Assembly (NCBI GenBank): GCA_043228905.1
Contig: JBHGNT010000021.1
Coordinates: forward strand, 8,742,001-8,806,000
DNA: 64,000 nucleotides
Origin: Azolla caroliniana
Taxonomy: Eukaryota; Plantae; Polypodiophyta
Direction of reading: 5' to 3'
In this document: in pieces, positions 23,761 to 51,545 of the stretch
How positions within the stretch are numbered: the stretch's first letter is position 1
Layout: the number at the start of each line of letters is the position of its first letter
Translations under genes and position numbers: made by a program
Notes under the pieces: generated by a model
What the model was told of the DNA's origin: nothing
Seen by the model: the letters and a program-made list of their open reading frames with translations, nothing else
Databases searched by the model: none

Positions 23761-25640
23761 CGACTCGAAGAAGGGTCCAGACCAGAGGAGTTCGGATTGG
23801 AAATAGTTGCATGTGGTTGATATTGTCATAGTAGATCAGAATCAGAGTAGAAACTTTGACCCTTAAGTCTTGCAGCATCCGCCACAGCCATATAGCTTCA
23901 CAGGTCGCAGCTCCTTTATACTCAGCCTCTAGCTCGATAGGGCCACTGTCGGCTTCTTCTTGTTGATCCATGCTACAACCGCACTCCCAAGTGAGAACAT
24001 GAAACCAAATGTTGACCGTCGGTCCGACGCATCTCCAGCCCAATCAGCATTTGTATAGCCAACTAGTTGTTCGACTATACCGTGTTGGTACAGTAGTCCT
24101 TGATCCTTCGTGCCGCTCACATATCTCATTAATTGATGCACGCACTGAAAATGCTTGATTGTTGTTTGTCGAACTAGCAGCTTTGCATACACCTGTAATC
24201 TCCTTCTCAGTAAAGGTCAAGAGTTTGATGACAACTCCTTTCGACTACATTCCTTTGAGCTTCTAGAGATTAATGTGGCCAATTCTTTTATGCCATAGCT
24301 TTATGTCGGCGCCGACTTTATGGCCCTTGGCAAACATTCCCAATTTCATCTCATGAGAATCGAGGATGAACATTTCGCCATCTCTTCGCCCGCAAGCGAT
24401 AATTTGGCCTTCCTCTTCGATGAAGCATCCTCAATCGTTGAATCGAACGTGCATGCCTTGTTCCACAATCTGGCTAACCGAGACCAGATTCTTCGTTATT
24501 GTTGGAACATGCAAGGCGTTCTTGATGTAGGTTTGGTTTCCCTCTTCGCCATGTTGAATGGGGTGAATTCTCATCCCCAGTTTCCACATAACCGGATCGA
24601 TCAGGCTTTCGTAACTCTCAGAACCAATCTTCATGAGACATCATGTGATTGGATGCACCCAAGTTGACAAACCATATGCATTTCCAAACTGGAGGTGCTA
24701 GTTGGGCACGATGTCATCATCGAAGCTGCGTTATGCCGCATCATGAACATTCCACCACAGTCGTCATAGTCGAAATTTGAGGCGTAGTTGCTGAGTTGTC
24801 GACTTGTGAAGGCCGACTCACTCTTCTTCTTCCAACAAGGCCTCATAATGGCCAAATTTGCCACAGTATCCGCACTGGATGGACTTCTTTTGTCGGCTTG
24901 GTCTAGCATGGTTGCTTCCCCTTCTTCCAGACGTTCTACCTCGTTTGGTTTTAGCAACGTCTTGCCGGTAGTAGAAGTTCTGTTCACATGGTTGTTCCTG
25001 GTTGTGTCAGCCTTGACCAAATCAGCCACTTCTTCCACAACGTTGTCTCCTTTCTCTATTCGAATACGAATAGAGCATGTGTCCTTCCTACACATTATTC
25101 CTCGTTCGGAAGTGATTTTCTTCAACCAACAGCATAGACTAGAGATCGAAGGAGGGAGAATTCTCCCTCACGAGGACGGTCGACCTTATTGCTTCAAGGT
25201 CACCGAGGCATATTTGCACCATTTCATCGTCGTCAATGTTGACATTGATCGAACCAAGGGAGTCGCACAGCTCCTTGATCTTCAAGGTGTAGTTGTCAAT
25301 TGACATATCCCTCTGTTGGATACTATTCAACTCTTGTCGGTGTTGAAGTTTCGTGTGGTTGTGTTCACCGCAAATATCTTTTTGAGGTTCCCCCACGCCT
25401 CCTTTGGCGTTTTGGCCTCTCAGATGTGCCAAGAATGTGATCATGAACGCATGATGCAAGGCAGTACAACACATGACTCCCGCTTATTCCCAAGTTGGGT
25501 GGTCGGCATGTGTCGGGTTGGGTTGATTTTCTTGTGCTCCTTCGATGTAACTCCAATAGCCTTGGCCGACAATGTATTGGTGACATTCATCCTCTACCAT
25601 GCCTTCATTGCATACTTTACATATGTCTTCAAATTCGTTA
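23761..25640 (-). mobile_element. Internally deleted copia related to family A (gag, PR, pre-IN joined to RNase H)
   Basis: QELNSIQQRDMSIDNYTLKIKELCDSL, LHVPTITKNLVSV, GYTNADWAGDASDRRST..VALSS; IN core and most of RT missing at a junction near 24170. Confidence 0.85.
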
Positions 25641-25936
25641 CATTTTGATACCTTGATGCAACTTCAACACCTAACTTGTGATATCGAGTGCAAAGGAGTG
25701 TAAGGGCTCTACAAGCATTACTACTCATATTAGTTATGAGATAAGGTTGGATACAATCAATAGGCATTCTTGCTTTATATTGGGACCAACATTCAACGTT
25801 GACATTTGCAATGTACTATTTGAGCTTTGTCCTCTTAGCATCTTCCCACTTCATCCTTAATTATTCTGTAGGAAAAGAATAAGAGAGAGATAGAATGAAA
25901 GGGAGAAAAGAAAGAAAGAGAGAGAGAGAGAGAGAG

Positions 25937-27415
25937 ATTATATTATCGTCTTTGGAAATCAAATATGACCTATGAGACCAAAAATATTATATTTCACGTG
26001 ATACGTGTGAAAGTGAGTAGTGACTCTCGATATTCAAGAACTTTACCAATGAATGTTGCAATTGAGAGTGCACATTGTGGTTGTGAGAGGAATTCATGCA
26101 AGGATTAGGCTTGGTCGAAGAGATGTCGAAAGCATGGTCGAATATGATCAAAGGTAGAGCATTATATTAAAGTGTGATACTCAGACTCGCAAACTTGTTT
26201 AGGGGAAAGTGTCCATAGCCGACCACTCTCATCACTTGTGCCCCAAAGCCATGTCTCACATTGCAATGCATGTGAGCTAAGTCGCATGGAAGCAATGGTT
26301 TGAATGGCAGATAACGGTATGGGCTCTAACATGTATCAATCTGTACGGTTTCCCCATTCTGCAAAGAATATGGTTTTGTAGTTAGGTGCACCATGTGTAG
26401 TATAATGTGTGAAGCGCGAGCCTCCACATTTGTCCCATGTCATGATACATTGGCGTTGCAAAAATGCCTCATTTAGAAAGGAATCTAGTGATGCATAATG
26501 AAACAAGTGTCTCGCATCCCATCTACCAAACCATTTTTCTATATCTTGCATCCAACCGGAACACAAAATTTTGCTTTGATGAGACTTTTGGATCTTCTTG
26601 CTTGTTTCCCATGCAATTCTAGGAAGTCGATGTGAGGGACTTTTTTGAACCTTAAGCATGTATTCAACAACCCTTTCCATGGTCATGATCTCAATGGGAA
26701 GCGATCTCGTCTCAAGGACATAGATTTAGGGATGTTACCGCCCCATACTTCCACTGCATAGAGAAGAACCAGTGTCACCAAAATATATTTCTTGAGGATC
26801 CAACACTTAATATCTCCAAGATTGCATGTGTTCTCAAATGCATAGTATGCTAACTTAGCCACCTCTAAGCAGCGTGTAGCACATTCATTCCATCTATGAT
26901 TTGAAGGAACTTCAAGGCCAAGATATTTGAAGCTTTCCACAAATTCAAGTGGCTCATTGTTGTACATAATGCATGGTTTATCTCTTTTTTGGCTCTTCAC
27001 AAGCATAATCTTTGTTTTATAACTATTGACACTTAATTTAGTATGCATACAAAATTATTCCAATGCCTTCATAAGCTTTTATGCATCTCCTAAAGTATTT
27101 GTAAAAAGCACTACATCATCTACATATAGCAAAAGCATAATCACAACATTCCCAATGGCAACTTCTTCAACACATTCTTCCTTTGCAAACTTGGAAATCA
27201 TTTCTTCCAATTCATCAATGCATAGACCAAATAGTGTTGGTGACAGTGGGCATCCTTGCTTAACACCACTAGTGCTTTTGAAAAAATCTGAAAGTTTATC
27301 TCTCATTGGCACACAACATATAACCTTCTCATAAATTCGGGAAATTGCAAGCATATATTCACGTGGCACCTCAAGTTCTTCCATTCGCCTCCAAAGATGC
27401 TCACGACATACCATA
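25937..27415 (-). mobile_element. LINE (RTE-like) 3' portion: RT and C-terminal region with 3' end
   Basis: GVKQGCPLSPTLFGLCID, LLYVDDVVL, LSVNSYKTKIM, FKYLG, RLSSHAL.CET..ESEYHTL; frameshifted; 3' end abuts a (TC)n tract. Confidence 0.9.
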
Positions 27416-27439
27416 GTCTCTATTTGTTGCGTGTTCGCC

Positions 27440-27900
27440 GCACCCCTAGCTCATGTTCTTATCCCTGTTGTATTCTTGTGCTTAAGTCCGTAAATAGATT
27501 TACGAAGTCAACAAACATGTGTCGGATGACTTGGATCTTCAAAAAATTGTGGTTGTTGTAAATAAAGTTCTTCATCTAAATCTCCATGAAGAAAAGCCAT
27601 TTGTACATCCAAGTGATCCAACTCTTGATCATGTTGAGCAACAAGAGCAACGAGCATTCAAAAACCACATATTTTTAGCTTTGAACTAAATGTATCGTAA
27701 AAATCATTACCTGCTACTTGAGAAAAACCTCGCGCAACTACACGAGCCTTAACGCAAATTGGATTGCCATTACCATCTCACTTGATGCATAAGACCCATT
27801 TAGAACCAATTCGTTGACGATCTTTTGGAGGCTCAACAAGGGTCCATGTACCATTTTTAATTAAATCCTCATTTCTTCTTCCATAGCATTTCTCCATTTG
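27440..27900 (-). mobile_element. Old copia RT fragment
   Basis: NGTWTLVEPP..IGSKWV, KARVVARGFSQ, HLDVQMAFLHGDLDEELY. Confidence 0.8.
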
Positions 27901-28049
27901 ATAGAATCCGATCCAGAAAGTGTGGGGAAAGAAACATTTGCTAAGAAAGATAAAATTTACAATATGCCTATGGGAAATGTGTGGAACCATTCAATCTCAT
28001 GCAAGAGCTAATCTCTAGAGGACCACGCATTATATGGCCACAACTTCTT

Positions 28050-30300
28050 CAACTTTCTTCATCACTAAAAAAAGGAGTGGGGATGTGTATCGAGTACACA
28101 ACAAAGTATAAACACATTACATTGTGTGAAGATTGTGCGAGTGAAAAAGATTGAAAGGATTTTTTACCCACTATTTCTGTAACCTCTAAAGGTCTTTTAA
28201 TTAAGGATACCTTAGTAGATAATGGTATTAGAATTGATCCTACATCTAATGTGTTAGTGAGTAAGATTGGAAATCTTATCTATCAACAATCCTCTACCAA
28301 GGTAGAAATAGTTTACTAACATTTAGGATTTCATTTTGGAGTTATAGATGATATTGTTATTAAGTGTTTTGGCATATCTATTTCCATGGATTTACATGTA
28401 ATACTCCTTAAAGGGCCATCTTGTTCTTTAATATTGGTAAGACCTTGGATGCAAGAATTACATGTGATACAATATTGGACTATGATGAACTTATTACCAT
28501 CGAAGGGGTTTAACATCTTCTACGACTTGTATCTACAAATAGCAAACAAATGTATCAAGGGGAAGAAAACATCTATCAACAATGGCAAGCAAGAAGAGGA
28601 AAGCATAACAAGTGATGGATCTTCGTACGATAAGGAAAAGAAATTGTTCCATGTGGTGTCTAAGGATGAAGGAGGCCATTGAAGAAGGTATTATCACCTT
28701 AAAAGGGAAAAAAGAACATGATTCCAAATTATGTCCAAGGAAAAGATGATTTAAGATTTAAATGACCATTCAAAGATAAGAGGAGACACCACATCAAGTT
28801 GAAGGAAAATGTACCAATTGCCCAAAAGCTTCAATGATTGGGAATTATGCAAAAGGAGTTCAAAGCATTGTTGCAAACAAGTTTCATTTATCATGTGGAG
28901 GAGTTCAAGTATGTGTCACCTTTTGTTGTGGTTCCAAAGAAGAATGACATCAACTTCAAACCCTTGCATGATTCAAGCAAAGATCAATTTTCACTTCCTT
29001 TCCGAGATGAGATTCTAGATTAAATAATCGTAAATACAAGATAAGGTAACATAGAGAATGTGGTGTACCAAGAAAGAATTCATGTTGATGAAGCAAAGAT
29101 CAAAATAATTCAAAGGTGACAACTCCAACAAGTCTCAGAACGTTGAAGGTATTCGTGCAAAAAGTTCACTCATTTGAAATGTTGACATGCCTACTTCTAT
29201 CAAGTAGTATGTATTGCATGGCCTCTTTCTTTGTGTTAACAAGGAGAAAGATGGTGATGGCGATTATCAATGCATGTGCCTAGGAGTGATTGTTTCTCCT
29301 ACCACTTCACAAGGTTTTTTCACACACAATAATTTGATATATTTTTAGTATTTATATTCCTTTGTCTACAATCTACCATTAGGCGAAGGAGTTTATTACC
29401 CTTTTCTTTTTTAGGCTCACCATAAATGGTTTGCTCAACATGCAAGAAGGGGGCCCAAATGTGGTGTAAACTTTTGTTCATAGGGAAAGATTGATGCAAA
29501 TACATTGGATACTAAGATGTCTAATAATAAAGAGTGATATGAAAGGATTAAGTATTAATGGAGGAAAGAACTTAAAGGGGATACAAAGCTAGAGGTGCTT
29601 TTCAAAAATAAAAAGAAGTAGAAAAAAAGCAAGGCGTGGATAAAAAGATCCAGGTGGAGAAAAAAGCTCATAACTTCTTCATCCGACATCCAAATTTTGA
29701 AAGAAACGATTAATACAAAACTGACAACAAGAGCTTTCCAAAAAAGTGTTGTATGACAAATTTAAAATGACTGAGGAGAAATAATGATATAAAAAAGCAC
29801 CTTACATAAACTCGAAGATTTAAAAAAAATGTAAAGAAAATAGCAAGAATAATGCAACCAAAAACTTATAAACGGGAGGGTATTCTCAGCAATTGAGGAA
29901 AAAGGAGGTAGAATAGAAGGTCTACAAGAAGTGAGAAGAGTCCTGGTAGGAGGGAAGAAGGGAAGTCTATTTTGGTGTGAAGTCATAGAAAGAAAGAAAG
30001 TTCTATGTAGTGGAGTGGAGTTTTTAGTAGAAGTGTAAGAAACTTGTATTGTTCTCTAATGTTATAAAATAGCATTCCTTTCTCTTCCTCATCCTCTTCT
30101 CTTCTCTATCTTTTTCTATCTCTCTTCATCAAGATGCAAATGGTTATCTTTTGCAACACTCAAATACTAGAGGATTTTATGAGTGGATTCTATGAAAACA
30201 TGATTTTATGTGTACATAATGAATGTCTCGACTCTCCAAGTGTGATTTCTAAGGGATCGGTTGATCCTGTGACTCTAGAACTATATCATTAATGTTATGC
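28050..30300 (+). mobile_element. Highly decayed Ty3/gypsy-like remnant with possible LTR-like tail
   Basis: Protease-like LVDNG..LILVRPWM and RT-start-like YVSPFVVVPKKN..KDQFSLPF; AT-rich and heavily disrupted; boundaries approximate. Confidence 0.5.
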
Positions 30301-30972
30301 GCTTCAACAAACATCCTTCATAACAAAGACTAGGAGCTTCCATAAACATGCTCAGCAAAAAGAATACTAGTATGCTAGGTTACATTCCATTAAGATAACA
30401 CTTGAATTGGAACGGAATAACTGATTAGAAATGGCAAGGTTATGATAGAATTACCTCTTTTTCAATCTCTCCATAGTTCTTCTGATCAAATTGCTAGAAT
30501 CTAGCTTTATCTGTTTCGTGTTACTTAGCAATCCAAATTTGTTTGGCTAATACAATGCTTGAAGCTGCAATTAATCTCGCAATAAAAATTCTGCGAAGGC
30601 AAACACTAAACACTTGCAAAATGGACTCATGTTCTCTCATGTGAAGTAACTGAGAAAATCCCAGTAATTAACAGGGACAAATTTTTTTATTCTCAATGTT
30701 TGTCATTCAGTTTCTGCCCTAATAGAAGGCCATAAAAAATTTAATAATGAGATTGGAGCAAATTTCAGGTTCCAATACTTCTGGTTGTATAACACTTTTG
30801 CCCACCATTGCAAAATGGATGTTCAGGATCTCCCGAAGATTGTACAGATGAAAAACGGTGATATATATTATTTTAGAAACAGCATTACGCTCTTTCTATT
30901 TTACCCAGATTATGCTGCATATCCACAATCATCACTGTTGTGCAAACTTTGCCCCGATGCAATTATAGCCTC

Positions 30973-46030
<15,058 letters not shown>

Positions 46031-46607
46031 GGTTAGACTGTACGGAGAAACATGCAAATTTTAGGAAGAAGAAATCAAAAAATGGCAACTACATGAATGG
46101 TTTCATCAAGACAAAGGAGAAAAGAGATGATGAAACCTTTGTTTTGCCGAAAAAAGGCGGTAAATTGGATGTGACTCGTCCTCTATCCTGCCATTAGACT
46201 CTCCTTGTATTCTCTGATCTCTGAGAACTAAATAGGAAATGGAAGAAGTAGACGAATACGAAGAATAGAAAGTAGGAAGGAAAGAAGAAAAGGTTCAAAA
46301 GGAGCTAAAGAATCTGGCATGGAAATGAGCAGAAAGGAAGATGCTTCTTAATCTATAACTTTTCATTAGGATGTATTCCCGTCGCTAAAAACTGTGAGAG
46401 GAAGGCAACAGAAATCCCCTCGTTCTCTGAAGAGTGTAGAATCTAGCAGGAAAGCAGAGGGGGAGGGGGAGGGGGGGGGGGGGACAAAAGCGCCTGCTAA
46501 AATTGTTCGACCTCCATGGGATTCCAGACAAGAAGAAGGAAGAGATGGATGAGAGAAGAAAGATGCGAGCGATTACAGATCAAACCAGGAGGAGGAGGAA
46601 ATATCGA

Positions 46608-46712
46608 TCGGCGATGGCGATGGCGATGGCGATGGCGATTGCCGTGAGTGTCAAGAAGCAGAAGAAGGGGCCTGAGCAGAGAAAGGAAGAAGAAGAAGAA
46701 GAAGAAAGAAGA

Positions 46713-46750
<38 letters not shown>

Positions 46751-46823
46751 AACTGTAGAAGTAAAAAGAGTAGAAGAAAGAAGAAAGAAGAAAGAAGTAC
46801 ATAAATCAAACACACAAAAACAA

Positions 46824-46862
<39 letters not shown>
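46608..46862. repeat. Compound microsatellites (GGCGAT)n, (GAA)n, (GTA)n, (GA)n in the probable LETM1 5' UTR/proximal promoter
   Basis: Direct inspection; CT/CTT-rich on the sense strand, as is typical of plant 5' UTRs; upstream of the splice acceptor at 46038. Confidence 0.9.
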
Positions 46863-46863
<1 letters not shown>

Positions 46864-47776
46864 CATTTGGGCATGATGATGCTTCCGATGTCTTCGATCC
46901 CGTATGGCCGGCCGGCCGGCCATTTTAGTTGCTATGTCACCGCGCGCTGTCATGAAGCCTCGCATTATCGAAACAATGTGAAAAAAAAGCTAAAGAAAAA
47001 CAATGTTCCTCCCACCAGCTACTTGCTTGAGACAGGGAGTAGTCCGCGAGGGAAAGAAGTTTACGGTTCGTGAATCGGACACCGGAAGCCCGAGATGGAG
47101 CTTCGGGAAGGATAGTGTTAAGTTCAAGATTTGTTAGGGATAATAAAAATGTACATAATTATGTTAGAGGGTGGGGGGGAGGGTCGAGTTTTTAAAAAAA
47201 AATGTTCATAATTATGCTCGAGGAGGGTGGTAAAGGGAGAAGAGGTGGTTTGCTCCCCCAAAGATCTGCCCACCTCCTATCAAAAACCAATATAGTATGG
47301 GTTTGCAAACCTTTTGTCGCCCTATTGTGTGTAAGTTTTAACCGGAAATCTTATAGTCACAGATTCCCAGGATGGGGTAGCCTTTGTCGAATCGATATCC
47401 CGGCAAACAAGTAAGACTCGATAAGAAAAAGAAGAGAAAATGTATCGTTGTCATGTGGCTCTAGAATCTTATGGGTTGTTGTGCATACATGATTTTCACG
47501 GAGTGATATAACAAGAACCTGATAAGGAGGGGTTGAGTGGGGTCTTTGCCAAAACCCCTTCTTTTATGCTTGTTGTGAGGTGGTTCGAAGAGTGATCATC
47601 TAGGCCATCCCCTTGGGGCACACATATGGGAAGCTCTTGTAGAGTAGATACATAAACCCTCCAATTTATTATGTATATATCATACAAACTTTTGCTCCTT
47701 TTCTAAATTTGGCTTTTAAATGTTTATAGTTAAGTAGACTCTAATTCCTTGGAACCATACCACTAGCCTTGCCTTT

Positions 47777-48296
47777 TGTCGCGAAGCAAATCGTCAGTCG
47801 ACAATAAATATGTTGAAAGTTCACAACTCAGAACAGAAAACGGCAAGGTGAACAGAAAGTACAGTGCACACATATTTACGTGGAAACCCTAAAAACGGGA
47901 GAAAACCACGGGAGAACAAAAGCTTCACTATACAATGGATGTACAAAAGGAGAAGATTACAACACTCTCTTATTGTGGAGTGTATCAACCTCACAAGGTT
48001 CTTAGCGTCTGCTATTACGAACACAGCTATAGCACCACTCTCTAACTATACAGAGACAAACTACTTGCTTTGTTCCACACAACTCTATGTTTTGCCCTAG
48101 ATGTATTTATAACTCATACATCATATGGGCTATTTACAAGTGTAGCCCCTACTACACGTTGTTATTATTATTATTATTATTATAGTTATAATAATAGTTT
48201 ATTGTTAATCAACCGACCCTCTACTGTCGACTCTTCGACTCTCGGTACTCGACCCGAACAATCGACTCCTCCCACTGGAGGGACATATTCCCAACA
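47777..48296 (-). mobile_element. Solo LTR related to copia family B
   Basis: TG...CA ends (minus-strand start TGTTGGGAATATGTCCCTCC); perfect 5-bp TSD CCTTT (47772-47776 and 48297-48301); shares TTTACGTGGAAA..AAAACCACGG and TTTGCCCTA..TATTTATA blocks with family B. Confidence 0.92.
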
Positions 48297-50449
48297 CCTT
48301 TATCATTGTTGCTACTTAAAGTAACTCTCCCTTCCACATCTCAGTTACTCTCTAGCTCTTTTAGCTTTACATTCACATATTCCCACTTGTGTTAACCTTG
48401 TAAACCTATTGCATGTTTATTGCCTCTAGATGGGTCCTCGGTTTAATGTGGTCTAACAACATTTTACCAAAGCATCACGTTCTCCTACCACCTCAAGGAA
48501 TTTATTCATTTGGTTCTAACCTAAATCCATTGGATCACTTGTCTCTAGACATATATTCTCCATGTGGATTCTCACTTTTATCTTCATTTCTATATGTACA
48601 AAACATCCATGGGGATATGCATACGAAATTATCCATCTTGGGGAACTAAAATTTTCACTATATGATTTTAATGTGGTCCAATCTACTAGTTTAATGAATG
48701 CTTCAAAAACAATTGTTTAGAATTGTTAATGGCAATAGTCCTAAAATGTGGTTCATGGAATCATATTTTCACAATAGATCAATGAAAGTGATCATCATGG
48801 TCTCAAGAAGTATAGCCATGTATGGCATTTGTGACTTGACTCAAAGAAATTTCATAAGAAAGAGCCTTTGGACATTTTTGTGCAAGAAAGAGACACCTCT
48901 AATCAATTGTCTACTTACTATGGTATTGATAAAGAAGAAGGAATAATGTAATTTGTCACCAAATATATAGATGTGATTTAGAGAAAAATATTGAAGCCTT
49001 AGTTTTTTAACATTCTCACACTCAAAAAGTCTCACTTTGTTTAGGTAAAATCCAAAACTTTTAATGAACATAGTGTTATGTCATCAATCTACCGTATTTT
49101 TAAGAATACTAATACTATCTTTTGTAAAAACACTTGTTTTGCTCCTGATATTCTACCTTATTACTAATTTGATTGTAAGTTTGTTACAAGATTTTGATCA
49201 CCAAATGATATTTGTATTTCAAAAATAACATTACTTTTTAGTAATGTTAAATTTTCTATAAATCCACTAAATCTTGAAGACACTTGAAATATCATATGAT
49301 TACTGAGAATTTTAAGAGCATCAAGGAATTAAAATCCTCTCATCTTTTAACTTAAAGTGCAACATTTTATTGAAAGTCTTTTCTCATCCTCATTTTGCCC
49401 TCAACCTATGTCATCCAAGACCAAAATTAAAAAAACTTATTATTTTATTATTATTTGTAATCATAGTTGGACTTCATCTCCAAACCTAGTTTTTTTATAT
49501 CCCAAAATTATGGTACGTGAGAATTTATGGTAAAGTTTTGGTGGGAGGTGGAAGGCCTACACATGAGAATTAAAACATTTCTAGACTCAATGCACGACCT
49601 TCATTGGCACACTTCTATGCATTGCCTCCCTAAAAAGTGGTAGGTTGTTCTAAATCCTAGTTTGAAACACGATATGTAAAGCCTTAACACAACCCTAATA
49701 ATCCTTCTCCACCACATATACACAAGATGATTGTTGTCAATATATATATAAAGCTTATTGATAATATCTCTATCTATCTCAATTGGTCTCTAAAGCTTAT
49801 TTCATTCCTACATTTGCAAATAAGAGAAAAATGATACATTCATCATATGTTTCACTTATTTATAAATCCAATCCATTGAAGAATGACTCGAGATTATTGA
49901 TCATTAATGACTCACGATTATTGACCAATATAAGGAATAGTTTGCTAATGTGGTGATTGGCAATCAACAAAGTCAAGAGCCATCAAATAACTAAACCATT
50001 CATTATATCATACATCAAATGTAGGACACATAAACGAATAACTTGTATTTAAGGAGCCCATTACACAGTGAACATAAAAATGTTTGTCTTGTTGAACAAA
50101 CACAAATATTATGCAATGTGCTTGACCAAGGACCATGATCATCAAACAATCATGTAATCCGAGTAAATAGGAAAGGAAAATTGCAACGTAGGCAATGTGA
50201 GAAATGGTGGATAACAAGGGAAAAGGAAGCTAGTGGCGCCATCCTGTGACTCATGACCATCTTTGTTATTGTGACTTGTGGATGAGGCCATGGCACAACT
50301 ATGATAGACAATTGTTACCCACCTTAGCCAATATCCTATTACTTTGAGGTTGATGGATATATGTTTTAATGTTCATGAGAGACTAGAATATGATATTATG
50401 GTATGTGAGTTATGACGTTCGATATGTATGTATGTATGCGGAAGTATGT

Positions 50450-51545
50450 GAGGACCTGTAGGTTATGTCCACAACAAACAACACATATCATATAACAGAA
50501 GAAAATAGATGGAAACGAAGACACAATTTGAAGCTCTAATGGAAGCTCTTGTTATTCTGTACATAACTCTTACACTCTCTGAGACTCAAGATACAAGAAG
50601 ATTATCGTTACAATGTTAGGGTTGAGCTTATATACTCAAGCCCTAGCTCAAGGATGTGTTCACACTTAGGATACAAAGTACAGGGAGTCAACCTTTTATG
50701 CCAACAAACTCCCCTGTAAAAGGACTACTCTTTCTACATACAATAGTAAGGGATTATCTCCCTTGTAAACCTAGATTACAAGTAAGTCGGCATATAGCCA
50801 AGTTAGCAAAGGTAAAGTTGGTATCTAGCCTGATTTGGCTAGTCATCTGGGTCGGCTTGTCTGAGTTGGTCGGAATGATTGGTCCGAGTCGAACTGTGTC
50901 CGATTCGACGTGTTCTCCTGCCTTCCGCTAGTGCTTGTTCCTGTGCTCCTTGTTGGATCCTTGATCTATCTTTAGGTTCGTTCGCCCTTTGATTGCTTCC
51001 TCTCTAGTTGGTGTCTTCACTCAGTGTTGCGTCTTTAGCCTCCTGGTATTCCGATTCTTTTGACTTTGCCTTGTCGACTCATCTGATTGGGCCGATCTTT
51101 GGTTTACCTTCTGCTCCTCGTTTGGCACTCTTCTGCTCGGTCTCTTGTCGTAGTCCCATCTTTGTCCTTAGTGCTCCAAAGCGATGTTTTGGGAGAGACT
51201 TTGTTAGGCAATCAGTGATGTTCACTGCAGTGTCAATCTTTTGGACTTCGAGCTTCTTTTCTGCTACTAGCTCCCAGATATGATGATGTCGTAACTCAAT
51301 ATGCTTTATCTTTGCATGATAGACAAGATTATTTATGAGGTGTATTGTGCTTTGTGAGTCACAGTAGATGGTTGGCGTTGGTCGGTTGATTTGGTTTGTT
51401 GCCAAGAAGTTGGTAGTTAGTCAGTGTAGCCAGATCGCTTCCTTCATTGCCTCCGATGCTGCTATGCACTCAGCCTCTATGGTTGACAAAGTCGTGCATT
51501 CTTGAAGTTTTGACCTTCATGATATGGCATCGCCACCTCCGGTTC
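50450..51545 (-). mobile_element. Copia 3' remnant: RNase H, PPT and LTR (LTR right end ~50706; left end approximate)
   Basis: STIEAE..EAIWL, IYCDSQS, KHIELRHH, NITDCLTKSL; PPT-like ACAGGGGAG followed by TGTTGGCA. Confidence 0.8.

Noticed and set aside
46497-46965. ORFs with poly-S/T/L/Y/E runs
   Set aside because: Microsatellite translations upstream of LETM1.
48300-50400. Possible decayed transposon or gene in AT-rich region
   Set aside because: No diagnostic motif or termini identifiable by eye.
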